Positions 13,432 to 27,885 of a stretch of DNA of 64,000 nucleotides are shown here, one piece after another. Under the pieces are notes generated by a model. The model did not search any database. It was given only the letters and a program-made list of their open reading frames with translations, and was not told the origin of the DNA. The stretch is taken from positions 202,058,001-202,122,000 of the forward strand of contig NC_042998.1 of assembly GCF_006345805.1 (NCBI RefSeq). Reading direction: 5' to 3'. Each line of letters starts with the position of its first letter. Positions within the stretch are counted from its first letter, which is position 1. Source of the stretch: Octopus sinensis (taxonomy: Eukaryota). A program made the translations under genes and the position numbers.

Positions 13432-13813
13432 TGGAAGCACTCCGTCGGTTACGACGACGAGTGTTCCGGTTGATCCGATCAACGGAACAGCCTACTCGTG
13501 AAATTAACGTGTAAGTGGCTGAGCACTCCACAGACACGTGTACCCTTAACGTAGTTCTCGAGGATATTCAGCGTGACACAGAGAGTGACAAGGCCGGCCC
13601 TTTGAAATACAGGTACAACAGAAACAGGAAATAAGAGTGAGAGAAAGTTGTGGTGAAAGAGTACAGCAGGGATCACCACCATCCCTGCCGGAGCCTCGTG
13701 GAGCTTTAGGTGTTTTCGCTCAATAAACACTCACAACGCCCGGTCTGGGAATCGAAACCGCGATCCTACGACCGCGAGTCCGCTGCCCTAACCACTGGGC
13801 CATTGCGCCTCCA
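13432..13813 (-). mobile_element. Full-length tRNA-derived SINE (octopus OR-like)
   Basis: tRNA-like head ggcgcaatggcccagtggttagggcagcggactcgcg...gtttcgattccc; near-identical inverted copy at 52776-53160. Confidence 0.92.
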
Positions 13814-16368
13814 TACACTGACAAACAAACAAACAAACACACTTATGTAATGTAATGCATGTATGTATGTCAATGCGTTATTGAAGTACACGACGAGATA
13901 CAGTATAATAGTGTTGTGTTCGCGTGTATGATGTAGTAGAGTTTATCATTATCTTATAATATAATAATCCCGTATTGCATTGTGAAATGTGGTTGACTAT
14001 AACAATATTCTGTTCAGGTGTGTGCTGTAGTAAGTATAATAACCATTTAAATAATTTTTACAGGATATCGTTTCTTATTTTGCTTTTATGGCTTTAGCCG
14101 CAAGTCATCTCTGAAGAAGGTCGATTACTGCCTTAGCAGTTCCATGGACTACCATTTTAAGTAGATAAGATATGATACGAACGGGGTGTGTTTCACATTC
14201 TTAATGGGCCGAACAATCAAGTAGGCGATCCATTTTCTGTTCAAATAACTCTTTCATTATTTAAATCTACCGTGCATTTTGTTGTTCAGAAATAATTAAG
14301 GTGCATGTTTTATCCATTGGAATGTGTAACTGGTAATTAAGAAGTTTCCTATGGTGCTACATGGTGCCCAATTGTTTCGAAAATATTTTCCAAAGCGCCA
14401 TTTGTACAGAATTCCATTTACGGGCAAAATCTGGTCAACAGTTAATGTGTGGAACACTGTTAGAGAAACGTTTTATGCTTGTGAGTGGAACAATTAGTCC
14501 GTAGCTAGTTTTAATGCCGAAATTCTGGTCTATAAGTATTTTAAGTAGAAATAAGTTTTATTTCGATCCTTTAACTAATTTTCTGGTCTGTGGATGGCAT
14601 TGTTCCCCACCCTGCTAGTGTTGTAGCCATTTCTTTCTCCAAGCAAGAGAAAATTACTTTACCATTTCATATCAGATCTCCATTTACTTTGTTTTAAATT
14701 TTATATTTTATGCAACGTGTAGGTGTGTTGTTGCTGACTGTAATGGCCTCCCCGATCAGATAAAGTTATTGTGTAGTGGTTATTGCTGACATTATCCATG
14801 TATATGCCTCTAGAAAGCACTTTATAAAGGAGAGATATGCAATGATTTGCCATTATGAAATAAAGATTTGCTTGGAAAATTTGTCTTTAAGAGGAGAGTG
14901 ATTTTTTATTACGAGGAGAGACATTTTGTATTACGAGTCAGTAATAAATTGTTTGGGGTTCGCTTTACACATAATTTGCTTTTGTAAAAGCAATGATGAT
15001 CGATTATAACAGCGCTACTAGTAGAAAAATTAGGCATATATTAGGTTAGTGCAGACTGTCCATGACTGATATTTCACTAATCAGTTAGGTGCCACTATAG
15101 TTTGAGATGCATAATCATAGCAACTATTTTTCCAACTATATATAAAGGCTACTCTCCTCTATTTTATGCTTATGTCTTGTAAATGCCGAACATCATTGCA
15201 TAGCTTATTCTTATTTGGAACCTTCGGAAAAGGGTTGATTTTTCAGACTCAAATAACACCATGATGTTAATAAGTGGAAAAATAGCATCGCAATAATAGC
15301 AAAGGAAACGATATGCATTATTGTACGCTTTATAGTTTAACTGATCAATTTATGTTGCTATAATCTGTCCTCTAAGTTAGCCATTCTCAAGAAGTTTTGG
15401 ATATTATATTTAATTAATATATCTTTAATGTTATCTAGAGATGATCTCAAAATTTCGTGACATTCACTGCAAGTATAAACTAAAAAATATTCCAGTTAGA
15501 AAACAAAATGATTGTATTCAGCCCTCTGTAATTCCAACACCTCTCTGATATTTATCTCCTGAGCAGTAGGTAAATGTCTAAACCTTTATACTGCTGATAA
15601 TCCAAATAATAATGAAAATATCTATACATGGCAATTTGAAAATCATATTAAAGACAAAATTCACTATCACGTGTTAACGTTCAGGCACTCAGGATTTAGT
15701 TTCATTAACTATATATATAAGAATGATGATATTACCAATATCTTGCAATGCAACAGTTATAAAATACGTATCTACCTATTCGAACGTCTCCAGAGAGGAT
15801 GACACCTGTCACTCGTCGAGAAAATAGCATTTTGCAATTTGGATCAAATTACCGAAATAAGTAAAAAATCTCCATAACATTTCCATCGGATTTCCTAGAG
15901 AATATTCCAATTAAAACTTGTAAGAACCACATTTAATGGACTTACTGAAACGCCGAAATGGTATTATATTAAAAGGCAAATATCCAGGTATTCCTCAACT
16001 TTAGCAACAGTAGAAAACTGTGTGTCTAACACATATCACATGAAGTCATAGAAATATCATGCATAAGAATACAAAAATTGTCACTTGACGATCTTTCTTT
16101 TGACCTTTCAGCATGCAATCATATTTCGATGAGTTTGTGAATATTCTTAATAATATGGTGGCACTGTGTGACTCCACTAATCAGAAGACAAAAATCTCGA
16201 GAGGCTCACAGAAGTCATTCTACACCATTCAGCTAGCTATAAGTTATGCAAAATCCTACTTTGTTACGAACACTTTCTCTAGGTTGTGACGCAAAGTGAA
16301 ACATTTCCAAATCCATACCTGCATACAGGGTATGTGTTTGCGGGCTTGTACTACACACACACACACAC

Positions 16369-16457
<89 letters not shown>

Positions 16458-16461
16458 TGTG

Positions 16462-16497
<36 letters not shown>

Positions 16498-16633
16498 AAG
16501 ATAGATAGATAGAGAGATAGATAGGTAGGTAGATAAGGTAAGCAATATATGTAAACACACACATATATTAATAAATTTATACACACACGAAAACGTAAAC
16601 ACATGCACACACAAGCGTACGCATACACACACA

Positions 16634-16681
<48 letters not shown>

Positions 16682-17447
16682 GTATTTTGTACATATTTAT
16701 ATACACGTTGGCATATACCATACACACAGCTAGACATACATATCCTTTCGCATAAGAGTGATATACATTTATCTCTACATACTTAAACTCTCTCTCTCCC
16801 TCTCTCTCCCTCTCTCTCATACACGCACACACACACACACACATCACATACACAGCCATGTGCGTACAGCCATATGTACTTTTCATCCGAATGTGTGCGC
16901 GTATATGTATGTGTATATATGCGCATGTGACTACCTGTGGTTGCATGCGCAACGTATGGAAGGAGAGAGTGTTTGCTTAGCCCGGAGACTCTCAATGCAA
17001 TTACACGCTGTCAGATCATGTCAAGAGAATGTCTAGCAAGCAAACAGATAGAATCAAACAAAATGCTTACTTGACTGAATACAGCTTTTCTCATCATCGT
17101 TTTCTTTGTGTTTTTTTGCTTAATCAGCATTCGACAGCTTTTCATTGTTGCGCTAGATTTAATTGTTGATTATTTTGTCATACGCTATTTTCTCTCCATC
17201 CCAACTTTCCCCACTTACATATGGCTCGATTTGCTGTGGGTAGCTGGTGGCAATTGTTACCTTATACACATCAGCTATGTTATTTTTTTCTCTCTTTTAA
17301 TCTCTCTTTCACTGCAAGTCCTTATCTCTCTACCTGTCTACCTATCTATAATACGTTTCCCTGTCTAATTCTCTATCTCTCCAATACACTTCGTTTTAAT
17401 TTGTTTCTACTTACTATAATCATTGTATGTATATATGATATACATAT

Positions 17448-17505
<58 letters not shown>

Positions 17506-17989
17506 AACATACAGGCAGACACACAGAGATATATAGGTAGGCAGACAAATGGACGGACAGACTGATTTATAAACTACATAGATAAAGAGATAATTATATA
17601 TATATATATATAATATATATATATAGATAGATAATATATAGATATATAGATAGATAGGTAGATAGATAGATATATATATAGACAGACAGATATATAGATA
17701 CATGCATACATATAACATGTTATAATGTATATATAAAAATTAAAAATTGTATAATACAGCAGCATTTTCGAACTTCATTTTTTACAAATATATATATATA
17801 TATATAAGCAATAAAGGGTTTAGCAACGAATTGCCTTACCACATACCGAATTTAGAAATAGCAGTCAAAGAGTTATAGCTATTTCTTCTACTAAAGAGGG
17901 AGATCTCAGTAAAAACAGCAATTGGAAGGCAGACACAAACAGGTAAGAGAGAATGAATTGACGGCAATCTATCATACAATTTTAAGTTA

Positions 17990-18090
17990 TCTACGGACGT
18001 ACGTTTCGAAATCAAGTTTTTAGGAAAGCATAAGAATTAAATATTAAATAATTCTATCTTACCAAAAACTTCTTTTCTCTTCAGCGTAGA
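17990..18090 (-). ncRNA. Type I hammerhead ribozyme (left-arm copy)
   Basis: Reverse complement of the 18875-18976 motif with an intact core. Confidence 0.85.
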
Positions 18091-18874
18091 ATACTATAAT
18101 CATAAATGATTATATATGAATTTTGAGATACTAGAAGGCACCAACTCAACTCAGTATCAGAGCGAGCTAGAATCCGCAACTAGTATCACCAAATTCAATG
18201 TGTGAATGAAAAGATTGTGTCACCAGCCCCTTCCCACCCGCGTGTAGCCAAAACAAGATGCTGTGGTCATCTACTGAGATAAAATATGGTTATCCGTAAT
18301 AATGAAGGGTGAAATTAATTAATTTGGAATAATTATCAATTACACCAAGTAGTCTTCGGCATGTAAAAGCCTCATTCGAGGAAAATTTAAGTAATACTAA
18401 GCAATAAAGGGTTTAGCAACGAATTGCCTTACCACATACCGAATTTAGAAATAGCAGTCAAAGAGTTATAGCTTTTTAGTAGAAGAAAGAATAGCTATAA
18501 CTCTTTGACTGCTATTTCTAAATTCGGTATGTGGTAAGGCAATTCGTTGCTAAACCCTTTATTGCTTAGTATTACTTAAATTTTCCTCGAATGAGGCTTT
18601 TACATGCCGAAGACTACTTGGTGTAATTGATAATTATTCCAAATTAATTAATTTCACCCTTCATTATACGGATAACCATATTTTATCTCAGTAGATGACC
18701 ACAGCATCTTGTTTTGGCTACACGCGGGTGGGAAGGGGCTGGTGACACAATCTTTTCATTCACACATTGAATTTGGTGATACTAGTTGCGGATTCTAGCT
18801 CGCTCTGATACTGAGTTGAGTTGGTGCCTTCTAGTATCTCAAAATTCAATATATAATCATTTATGATTATAGTA

Positions 18875-18976
18875 TTCTACGCTGAAGAGAAAAGAAGTTT
18901 TTGGTAAGATAGAATTATTTAATATTTAATTCTTATGCTTTCCTAAAACTTGATTTCGAAACGTACGTCCGTAGAA
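18875..18976 (+). ncRNA. Type I hammerhead ribozyme
   Basis: Stem I ttctacg(18875-81)/cgtagaa(18970-76); CTGAAGA 18882-88; stem II gaaa...tttc with a long loop; GAAAC 18958-62; GTAC palindromic loop; GTC 18967-69 cleavage triplet. Confidence 0.88.
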
Positions 18977-19272
18977 CTTAAAATTGTATGATAGATTGCC
19001 GTCAATTCATTCTCTCTTACCTGTTTGTGTCTGCCTTCCAATTGCTGTTTTTTACTGAGATCTCCCTTTTAGTAGAGGAAATAGCTATAACTCTTTGACT
19101 GCTATTTCTAAATTCGGTATGTGGTAAGGCAATTCGTTGCTAAACCCTTTATTGCTTAGTATTACTTAAATTTTCCTCGAATGAGGCTTTTACATGCCGA
19201 AGACTACTTGGTGTAATTGATAATTATTCCAAATTAATTAATTTCACCCTTCATTATTACGGATATATATAT

Positions 19273-19316
<44 letters not shown>

Positions 19317-19355
19317 GTGTGTGTCTGTGTATGTATGTATGTATATATATATATA

Positions 19356-19393
<38 letters not shown>

Positions 19394-19674
19394 GGAGAGA
19401 GATCAGCATATTCCCTATTTACTTATCCTTTTAACTATCTGGAATTAATGTATTTTCTGGCATTATTTTTGTACCATTCTACAATTCTTCTGCTTATATA
19501 TTCACTGATTTGTCTTTCTCTCCCTCTCTCTTCCTCTCTCTGTCTCTCTCTCCCCCACTTTATCGTTTTATCAACCTACTTATCTATATACCCATATATG
19601 CATTTTTTATCTCTATATATGCTTTTTTGCGGTATTGGCATACGTCAGTATTTATGTAACACACTCCCTATCTA

Positions 19675-19694
19675 TTTGTCTGTCTGTCTGTGTG

Positions 19695-19781
<87 letters not shown>

Positions 19782-19820
19782 GTCTATCTATCCATCAATC
19801 TGTCTGTCTGTCTATCTATC
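19675..19820 (+). repeat. (TCTA)n/(TCTG)n microsatellite
   Basis: Directly visible. Confidence 0.95.
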
Positions 19821-19827
19821 TACACAC

Positions 19828-19860
<33 letters not shown>

Positions 19861-19953
19861 TATATATATACATCCGTCTATGTCTGGCTGATTGCCTATC
19901 TATATATTTATATCTGCATATTTATCTCTTTATATACATATAAAAAAGAGAGT

Positions 19954-20009
<56 letters not shown>

Positions 20010-22395
20010 TACACAAAAATACATACAGATATGCATACATGCACACACAAAAATTATATACACAAACATACATACACACATGCATACATATTATCAATAC
20101 ACACATACACATACACATATTTGATCTACACACACACACGTATATATACATATATATACATACATACACGCCGGTCTATGTTCCTTATATATGCAGAAAT
20201 GTGTTTTTATTCTGTTTAATGTGTCTATTCGTCCTTTTTTTCCGGTCTTCCATACCTTGCAACGTTCCATCCTACCTTAAATAACTCTACTCTCATATTC
20301 AAACACATACAATGGTCTCTTTTATATTCTCCCTTACTTTTTGTCTACCTGTCTATTATCAATACACACATACACACACATCTATGATCTACACACTAAC
20401 ACACGTACGCCAATATATACAACATTCGCATCTCTATCATCTACCAGCATTAGGTTTTTTTTTTTTTGTTTCTTAATCTCTGAAAACTCCTTCTGAATCC
20501 GTTTTCTCTCATTCGCTTTATCTATCGATTTCTCTTCATATATACTTAACTTCTTCATTCTTGATAATCATGCTTTATTCTATCGAAGTATCTTTCTCTC
20601 TCTCTATTCCATACTGTTGTGCTTACTTCATTTCTTCTTCACCTTCTTCCACTTTATTTCTTTCTGTCATTCTCACAATCTATTTCCTTTGTCTATTTTT
20701 TTTTTCATGCTGACCAAGTCATTTATTTTCCATCTCATATACCTTAACCCCTCACATATCCGCCTTACATCTTCTTCCTCTAAATATATATATCTGCAGA
20801 GCAGCTGCAGATGTTACTGCTCCCGCTATTGCCCTCTCTCTTAGTGCTGCAGCCGCTACTTCCCATCTTCTCTTCCTGCTTCACTTGCCATTTTCTCATG
20901 CTGTCCTGGATATTTTCATTATAATCCTCACAGGTCATTGACAATTTCCTGGTTGTCAGCCTATCATAGCTTCCCTTCGTTGATCGCTGCCGATATTTTT
21001 AATAAATACTCTTTTGTTTCTTGGTTTTTCTACTACCTCTATTTTTTAATTTTTTTTTAGCTCGTGTTATTGACGGCTATCAAAGATGGAAGACCGATAC
21101 TTAAGTATGATTAGTGATTATCGGTGAAGTGATAAAGAAAAAAGAAATAAGCTTAATTCAAACAAAATATAAAAGTAAAGGAAATCGAATGAAAAAAGAA
21201 AAACACAACAGTTTAATAATAAATTATTTCATGTTAGTTTCTTGTTTGTTGTGTTTTATCAAGACCCCCAGGATGTTAATTTAAACAATAAATAATTTCT
21301 TATATAAACAAGTCACAGCCAGAGAAGTTACTAAATAACAAGAATAAAACTGCAAGAGATTCTCTTTACCGATACCGCTTTGTATCCTAATCTTAACAAA
21401 CATACTGTTTTCTTTACAATCAGTGGAGCCACATTTCATCGAGGTAGTCTGCTGGGACGTAGAAGAAACACCTTCTGATGTTATACAATTGTTCTCAATC
21501 CATTTCATAATCATAGAATAAAACTAAAGCATTTTGAAAATGTATAAAGCTGTATACATCAGTTGCGCACATCATCTAATGAAGGTTTTATGACATATAT
21601 TATACTGAATATAGCATATTGTTTCTCAAGAGGTAAAACCAAGGTTTAGTATGTCGTAATGACAGTTTCCTTAATTTTAAAACACGATTAATAAATGCAT
21701 CTGAAACAGAATGTAAACGGAAATTAACCCTAACCCTAACCCTATTTGAAGGAATGTACTCTAAAATGTATGTATCAATTAAATGTCTGAGACAATTTGT
21801 TGTTAATAAGATTATAATTTTTCAAACTAAAGACTAGAGACAGCCCCTTTTAAACTATTTGTGGATTTATAAAGGGTCGTAAATAATACTTCTATAATGA
21901 TAAAAAAAATTTGTAAAGTTTTTATATAGTAAAGACACATTAGTTATTACATTTCAAAGAAACAACTATACGTGTTTGTTATACAAGCTAAAGTCAATGA
22001 AAACAACTCATATTATGTCAACACAGTGAAACGATCCCAAAAACTTTAGATCAACGATGCATCAAATTAAATACTCAGACTTCACAGCGGGATCTCTGTT
22101 TAGATCAAATCTATTTCTTCGTGTTTGCAGAGCAACATGTCTGAGCAAATGATATGAAGACTGTTTTCGCTATCACTGATAATTCTTCAAAGAACGCAAA
22201 CATCAATAAAATGAAATCAACCGTCCTATTCACTATTGTTACGATCATGAACTAACTATCAATGTGGTACAATGTCAACATTGTTACTGACGCAAATATT
22301 TCCTCGGTCAGCGTTTGTCAGGAAAAAAATGCGTGCGTATGTGTTTATATCTATATATACATGTATGCATATTAACATATATATGCATATATGTA

Positions 22396-22466
<71 letters not shown>

Positions 22467-22608
22467 ACATACGTATACGTATTATATGTGAATATATATG
22501 TATATATACGCACACATATATAGGTATATATATATATATATATATATAGGTAGACACACATACGTATATATATACGTATATACATACATTTATATATATA
22601 TCTTATCT

Positions 22609-22664
<56 letters not shown>

Positions 22665-23005
22665 GGGAGAAGAAAATGGATGCAATAACAAGGGAAGAGA
22701 CTTGTCGTTTTCCCTTGTGTGCCTTTAATTTAAATAAGAAATCAAAGAAGGAAGCATCTGTGCTTCCTTCATCTTTGTTTTCTAAATTAATGTCATACCA
22801 GCGAAAACAACGTGACTCCGCTTATTACATTCATTTTCTTCTCCTGTATAACCTAAACTACGGTCTACCAATCGAACCACCTGCTACCGTATAACTTTAC
22901 AAAAGGCTGTACCTACCCAGGTAATAACCAGGTGCGACTTTGGATGTAATTATCCCTTAGAGGTATTAAACTTCTCTACCTGATACCTACAGTATATATA
23001 TATAT

Positions 23006-23195
<190 letters not shown>

Positions 23196-23677
23196 TTATG
23201 TATGTATATATGTATGTATGTATGGATGGATGGGTGGACGTATTGAAGAGGTAAAGATGTTTCACACGAGTCAATTCCTATTAATAAACAAACAAAAGAA
23301 GAAATTGTATTATGAATAAAATATAGAAAGCATTTTCATTTTTGTCATAATATGCATCCAGTTTCAAACTCTCGTAAAGATGATTTCATCACGTTTTAAT
23401 AAAAAAATAAAGGGAATGAAAATAGAATATGTTAAATTAACATATTGGGATACCAGTTCCGGAAATTCACGTTTGTGTTTTTTTTTTGTATCGTTGAGCG
23501 TGAGGAACATTTAGGTTTGGGCAACAGGTATTCAAACGCAAAGAATCGGTTCAGAACATCCACAGCGCATCCATGAATGCCTTTGACACTTCTGAGATCT
23601 AGTTAGCATCCTAGGGTGAAAATGGTTTTCTCTATAGTTAAAATATATCCATATGCCCCTAGCGTATTTGAACTAAT

Positions 23678-23868
23678 TTCTTTATTTACCACAAGGGGCT
23701 AAACATAGAAAGGACAAACAAGGACAGACAAAGGCTTTAAGTCGATTACACCGACCACAGCGTAACTAGTTCTTAATTTATCGACCCCTGCAAGGATGAA
23801 AGGCAAAGTCGACCTCGTCGGAATTTGAACTCCAAACGTAACAGCAGACGAAATACCGACCGGCGTGC
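23678..23868 (-). mobile_element. SINE (family of 28217-28447), partial
   Basis: Minus strand gagttcaaattccgacgaggtcgactttgcctttcatcct...gtcgataaattaag. Confidence 0.85.
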
Positions 23869-23919
23869 TTTTTTTTCTAGTTAATTTTTGTTAATTTCCT
23901 TTTCTTTTAAGATCATTAA

Positions 23920-24603
23920 ATGGATTGTCAAGTTAAGTAAAACGAGCATTTTCGACACCTCTATCCTTTTGCTTTTAATCAAGGTTCTAAGGCCGCAAAA
24001 GCTACTCGCAACATGTGTTCTGTGTATGGAGATGGGGCCATAGCTGAAGGAACCGCTCTTGTTTGGTATGCCAAGTTCAAAAATGGAAATTTTGACCTTA
24101 AAGACGCACCTAGTTCTGGCCATCCAGCTGAGTTCGATGAAGAGTTATTAAACCAACTTTTGCAGGAAAATTCTCGTCAAACGATAAGGGAACTGGTAGA
24201 GAAAATGGAATGCTCCTACACTGCTAGAGAGAAGCATCTTCACTCGATGAGAAAGGTTCAGAAGTATGGAGCACGTGTTCTGCATGCTTTAAGGACAACA
24301 ACAAAAATCAACGAGTCACAATTTCCGCTGGTTTGCTTGCTTGTCACCACTCAGCTCATGGACACAAGCGACGATTTCTTTACCGAATCGGTACTGGTGA
24401 CGAAAAATGGTGCCTGTACATCAATATGAAGCAGCATAAGGAATGACTTAGCCCTGGTAAACAAGCGATACCGCACGTGAAACGAGATCTTCTTCCGCGA
24501 AAAACGATGTTGTGCGTATGGTGGGACTGGGAAGGGATTATCCATTACGAATTGCTTGAACGGAACCAAACGGTCAACGCGGAACTCTGTGTTCAAGAGA
24601 TGT
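23920..24603 (+). pseudogene. mariner (Tc1/mariner) transposase relic, 3'-truncated
   Basis: HTH region (VYGDGAI..WYAKFKNGNFDLKDAPSSGHP), decayed WVPHEL (RVLHAL), then after a frameshift RIGTGDEKWCLY and KTMLCVWWDWEGIIHYELL; contains stops and frameshifts. Confidence 0.93.
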
Positions 24604-25099
24604 AACATAGTAGTTATAAAGAGAAGGTACGTTTGTGTGGTGATGTTAGATTTATTTTGATATTTTAGTATGCAGATGCCAAGAGGGGTATTATGTTTCG
24701 TTAGTTTAACTTTAGTCTGAGCAGGCGTCCCCTCTATGAATTCAGATGTAGAAGGGTAAACAAGTACATCTATTTAGCTGTTCCAGTTCATCGTCACAGT
24801 TTACAAATACTACTCTCTGTAAATATCCTTTTGATTAAATTTGGTGGTGTAATGGTATAACATAAAGCATATGAACATAATGGTTATTTTGTTTAGTTGT
24901 TAATATGCTATCCTTTTGTTCCATTAGATGCTAAATGCGATTAGTGATTTTCTGTTTCAAAATGTTGCTTTTTTAATTCTAGGAATTATGCTTCGCGTTT
25001 TTACTTACATGATATAATTCCTTCGGACTGTCTATTAATGATGTTTTCTCTGGTTGCGATGATCTGATCTCCAGGGTTTTCTCTAGGCATAAATTGCAC

Positions 25100-26010
25100 T
25101 CCCACGATATTACATGGTCGCACCATCAAACGGCGAAGATCGTTAATGTGTGCAATCGCAACGTAAAGGAATCTATGGCGTCGTGAAAGAATGCCGGGAA
25201 GACTAGAACATCTAATGGTATTTTCCTGTGCTGTTATTCAGCTGCAATCGCCCTGTTTATCTCACATATCATGGGACACTCACCTTGTGCTTGAAGACAT
25301 TCTCCCCTATCCCACTCTGTCGGCTCCACTCTATGCATAAACCCTTCAGTGATGCATTTAGTGTGACTTTTTCTTGCATATACTGTCGCCTCTGGAGTAT
25401 TTACCATTTCCAATTCCACCGTTGATCAGTGTTTTGGGGAACTATTTGCCTGTCTTGCAAATTACGTGAGCTCCCATCACAGCTGTAATTGCATCATGAA
25501 CGGGAAGCGTATCTTTGTGTCAGTAATCTCTCCTGCCGCTTGTCCTACGACGTTTTCTGACGTGAGTAGTAATAACGTGATTGATCTTCCTTGCAGACCA
25601 TGCTTGACAGAAATTAAAATGGTTGGTGAAATCTGCCGTTCTATACGCTTTACCATTTGTCTACAAAGTGATGCGATTCCAGTTCCATACATTTTTGTAG
25701 CGTTCTGCTGAATGTATCACAGGCCTAGCATTCTGTCATTGACTTCGGCTTTATTTCCAGATACGTCAACCTCTCCTCCGCATTCAATAGTATGACCAAG
25801 GATGAATAATTTTAGTTTATCGTATGTCTTTACGTGAGATGGCTGATGCCTTAATTCGGTCATCGCTGTACTCATCGCTATTCCATACTGTTAGAGATGA
25901 TAAATTATAACTAAATATTGCTGTGCATGTCATTTTTTGAGAGAGCATTGAGGATAAAGTCATCTGCAAACAAAAGGCCTGTCATACTGATTCTTCGAAG
26001 CTAGGTTTCA
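25100..26010 (-). mobile_element. RTE-clade LINE, decayed RT and 3' part
   Basis: Minus strand GLLFADDFILNALSKNDM at ~25980-25925; later AEVNDR and KNVWNWNRITL*TNGKAYR resemble RTE/BovB RT C-terminal motifs. Confidence 0.75.
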
Positions 26011-26411
26011 AGGTGTTTTTAATGGTGTCTGTCAGCCTGATTAATACCTCGAGACTAAACAATGCCGAAAAATAAATAAACTCTTTCTCCATCGTCACAA
26101 AGTTGGAGACAAAACGGTTTTGACGTTTCGTCTTCATCTTCAATCCTGGCATGTATGACATTGTGTAGCTGTCGTACGTTGGACATGGAATGTTTAGTGT
26201 GTTTCTATGTTGCCGTGATTCTGCAAAGGATTATTTTTATCATCACACAAACACAAACCCATACACACACGCACACAAACACTCATACAAACGCGCTGAC
26301 ACACACACACACATATATATATATATACACATATGTACATATATGTACATATATATATACATATATAGATGTACATATATATATACATATATATATGTAC
26401 ATATATACATT

Positions 26412-26504
<93 letters not shown>

Positions 26505-26750
26505 ATACATAGAAGTAAATATATGGCACAACGAAGTACCGATATTTACTGGAAAATAGCGAACGTAATAAATACGACGCTAATGTATAGCTTCACCGGT
26601 GAAGCTATACTTTAGCGTCGTATTTATTACGTTCGCTATTTTCCAGTAAATATCGGTACTTCGTTGTGCCATATATTTACTTCTATGTATAATTTTCCCT
26701 CACGGGCTATTCTTTACTGGAAAGCAATACTCTCGTATTGCATTACTATT
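26505..26750 (+). repeat. Short (TA)n-embedded element with a 93-bp-arm, zero-loop palindrome
   Basis: 26505-26597 and 26598-26690 are reverse complements (1 mismatch seen), centre ttcacc|ggtgaa; the right arm continues ~60 bp to (TA)n. Confidence 0.9.
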
Positions 26751-26762
26751 TATATATATATA

Positions 26763-27599
26763 CTTGAAAAGGTAGTGGGTAGCGAATTTCTTCACTACTG
26801 CAGGGAGTGACGACTCTGCCTGACACGAGTTCCGGGCTCAGCTGGCTCCGGCTGACAGTACCCGGTATGGGCCCCTATCCAGGGTTACGGAAAGGAGACA
26901 ACCTTCTAAGAAATCCGGAGTGGAGCCCCGTAGGCTGTCTAGTGTTCGACTCGACACTCTTCCGGCAGCTCCTGCAACCAAGCTGGTGCCAAACGTAATG
27001 CACTACACTCCACTGGACTACATCAGCAAGGTCGAGAGAGGAAACCTGACGATTGGGCTACCCAGGACTTTCTTACCTATAGCCCAGGCCTGCGCAAAAC
27101 TGGAGAGCACACTTCAGTGCTGCTGTAAAAAGCTGCAGAAGCAACACGGGGGGTAACAGTCACGAGTGATAAGTCCATTCAGATTGGCGTAAAATATGGG
27201 CGCTACGGGTTACCTCTGACGGTGGGATGGACTTCCGTGTCCTATTGGTTAGCTACTGCCCATCTCAAGCTGGGCAGCCCCCAGTTAATAAGGTGCTGAC
27301 CCGCCACAAGCCGCCTGCTCCATTGGGTGCTTGGAGCTAAGAGTACGACTCGAAAAGCGGCCTGCAACCTCTGCACCAGGCAAGCAACTACAAGTCAAGA
27401 AAACACCAGTTCTGTGGTTGGCAAGCTGGAATGTCAGGAACAGTTTTCGCTACATTTGCGGTACCTGCCAGAGGGAGTGTTTGTCCAGGATAGGACTACA
27501 CAGCCACAGCAGGAAATGTATCAGGACATGAAATATAAAAGCCGGACTAGACTACTTCATGCGCAACTCCATTGTCTCCCGAGACAGAAAGGATGCCAA
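26763..27599 (+). mobile_element. Internally deleted (bipartite) non-autonomous RTE element
   Basis: GC-richer 5'UTR, then ORF 27331-27531 joining the APE start (LASWNVR) directly to the RTE C-terminal motif (CGTCQRECLSRIGLHSH); 3' end gtctcccgagacagaaaggatgccaa followed by (TA)n. Confidence 0.85.
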
Positions 27600-27658
27600 T
27601 ATATATATATATAAATGTTTATTATATATACATTATTATATATTAAAATAGAAATAGA

Positions 27659-27848
27659 AATACAATTTTAATTTTCTATTATAGCGACATTCATTATACT
27701 GCAACTCACAAAGATTTAACGTTGCAATCCCAAAATTTATAAATATATCCTCAGAATATTTAATATAATGTTGTTCCTACCCTTTTGTTATTGCGTATTA
27801 TATACACCATAAACGATTGTCGGTCCTCTTCATCATAGCACTATAAAT

Positions 27849-27885
<37 letters not shown>

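Larger units (their letters stand above)
17805..19264. mobile_element. Head-to-head palindromic array of a ~590-bp hammerhead-containing unit inside (TA)n
   Basis: 17805-18473 is a near-perfect reverse complement of ~18494-19158; each arm exceeds one unit (17806 repeats at 18399; 18490 repeats at 19079); (TA)n on both sides. Confidence 0.92.

Noticed and set aside
21281-21514. Possible host exon (MKWIENNCITSEG...), and similar candidates at 2746-2901 and ~30287-30347
   Set aside because: Splice-like dinucleotides exist, but there is no recognisable protein similarity or consistent gene structure; RNA-seq would be needed.
21725-21743. (TAACCC)3 telomere-like repeat
   Set aside because: Only three units and no associated structure.
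22662-22995. Segment between (TA)n tracts with GAAAAC..GTC on the minus strand
   Set aside because: Core too degenerate to call.
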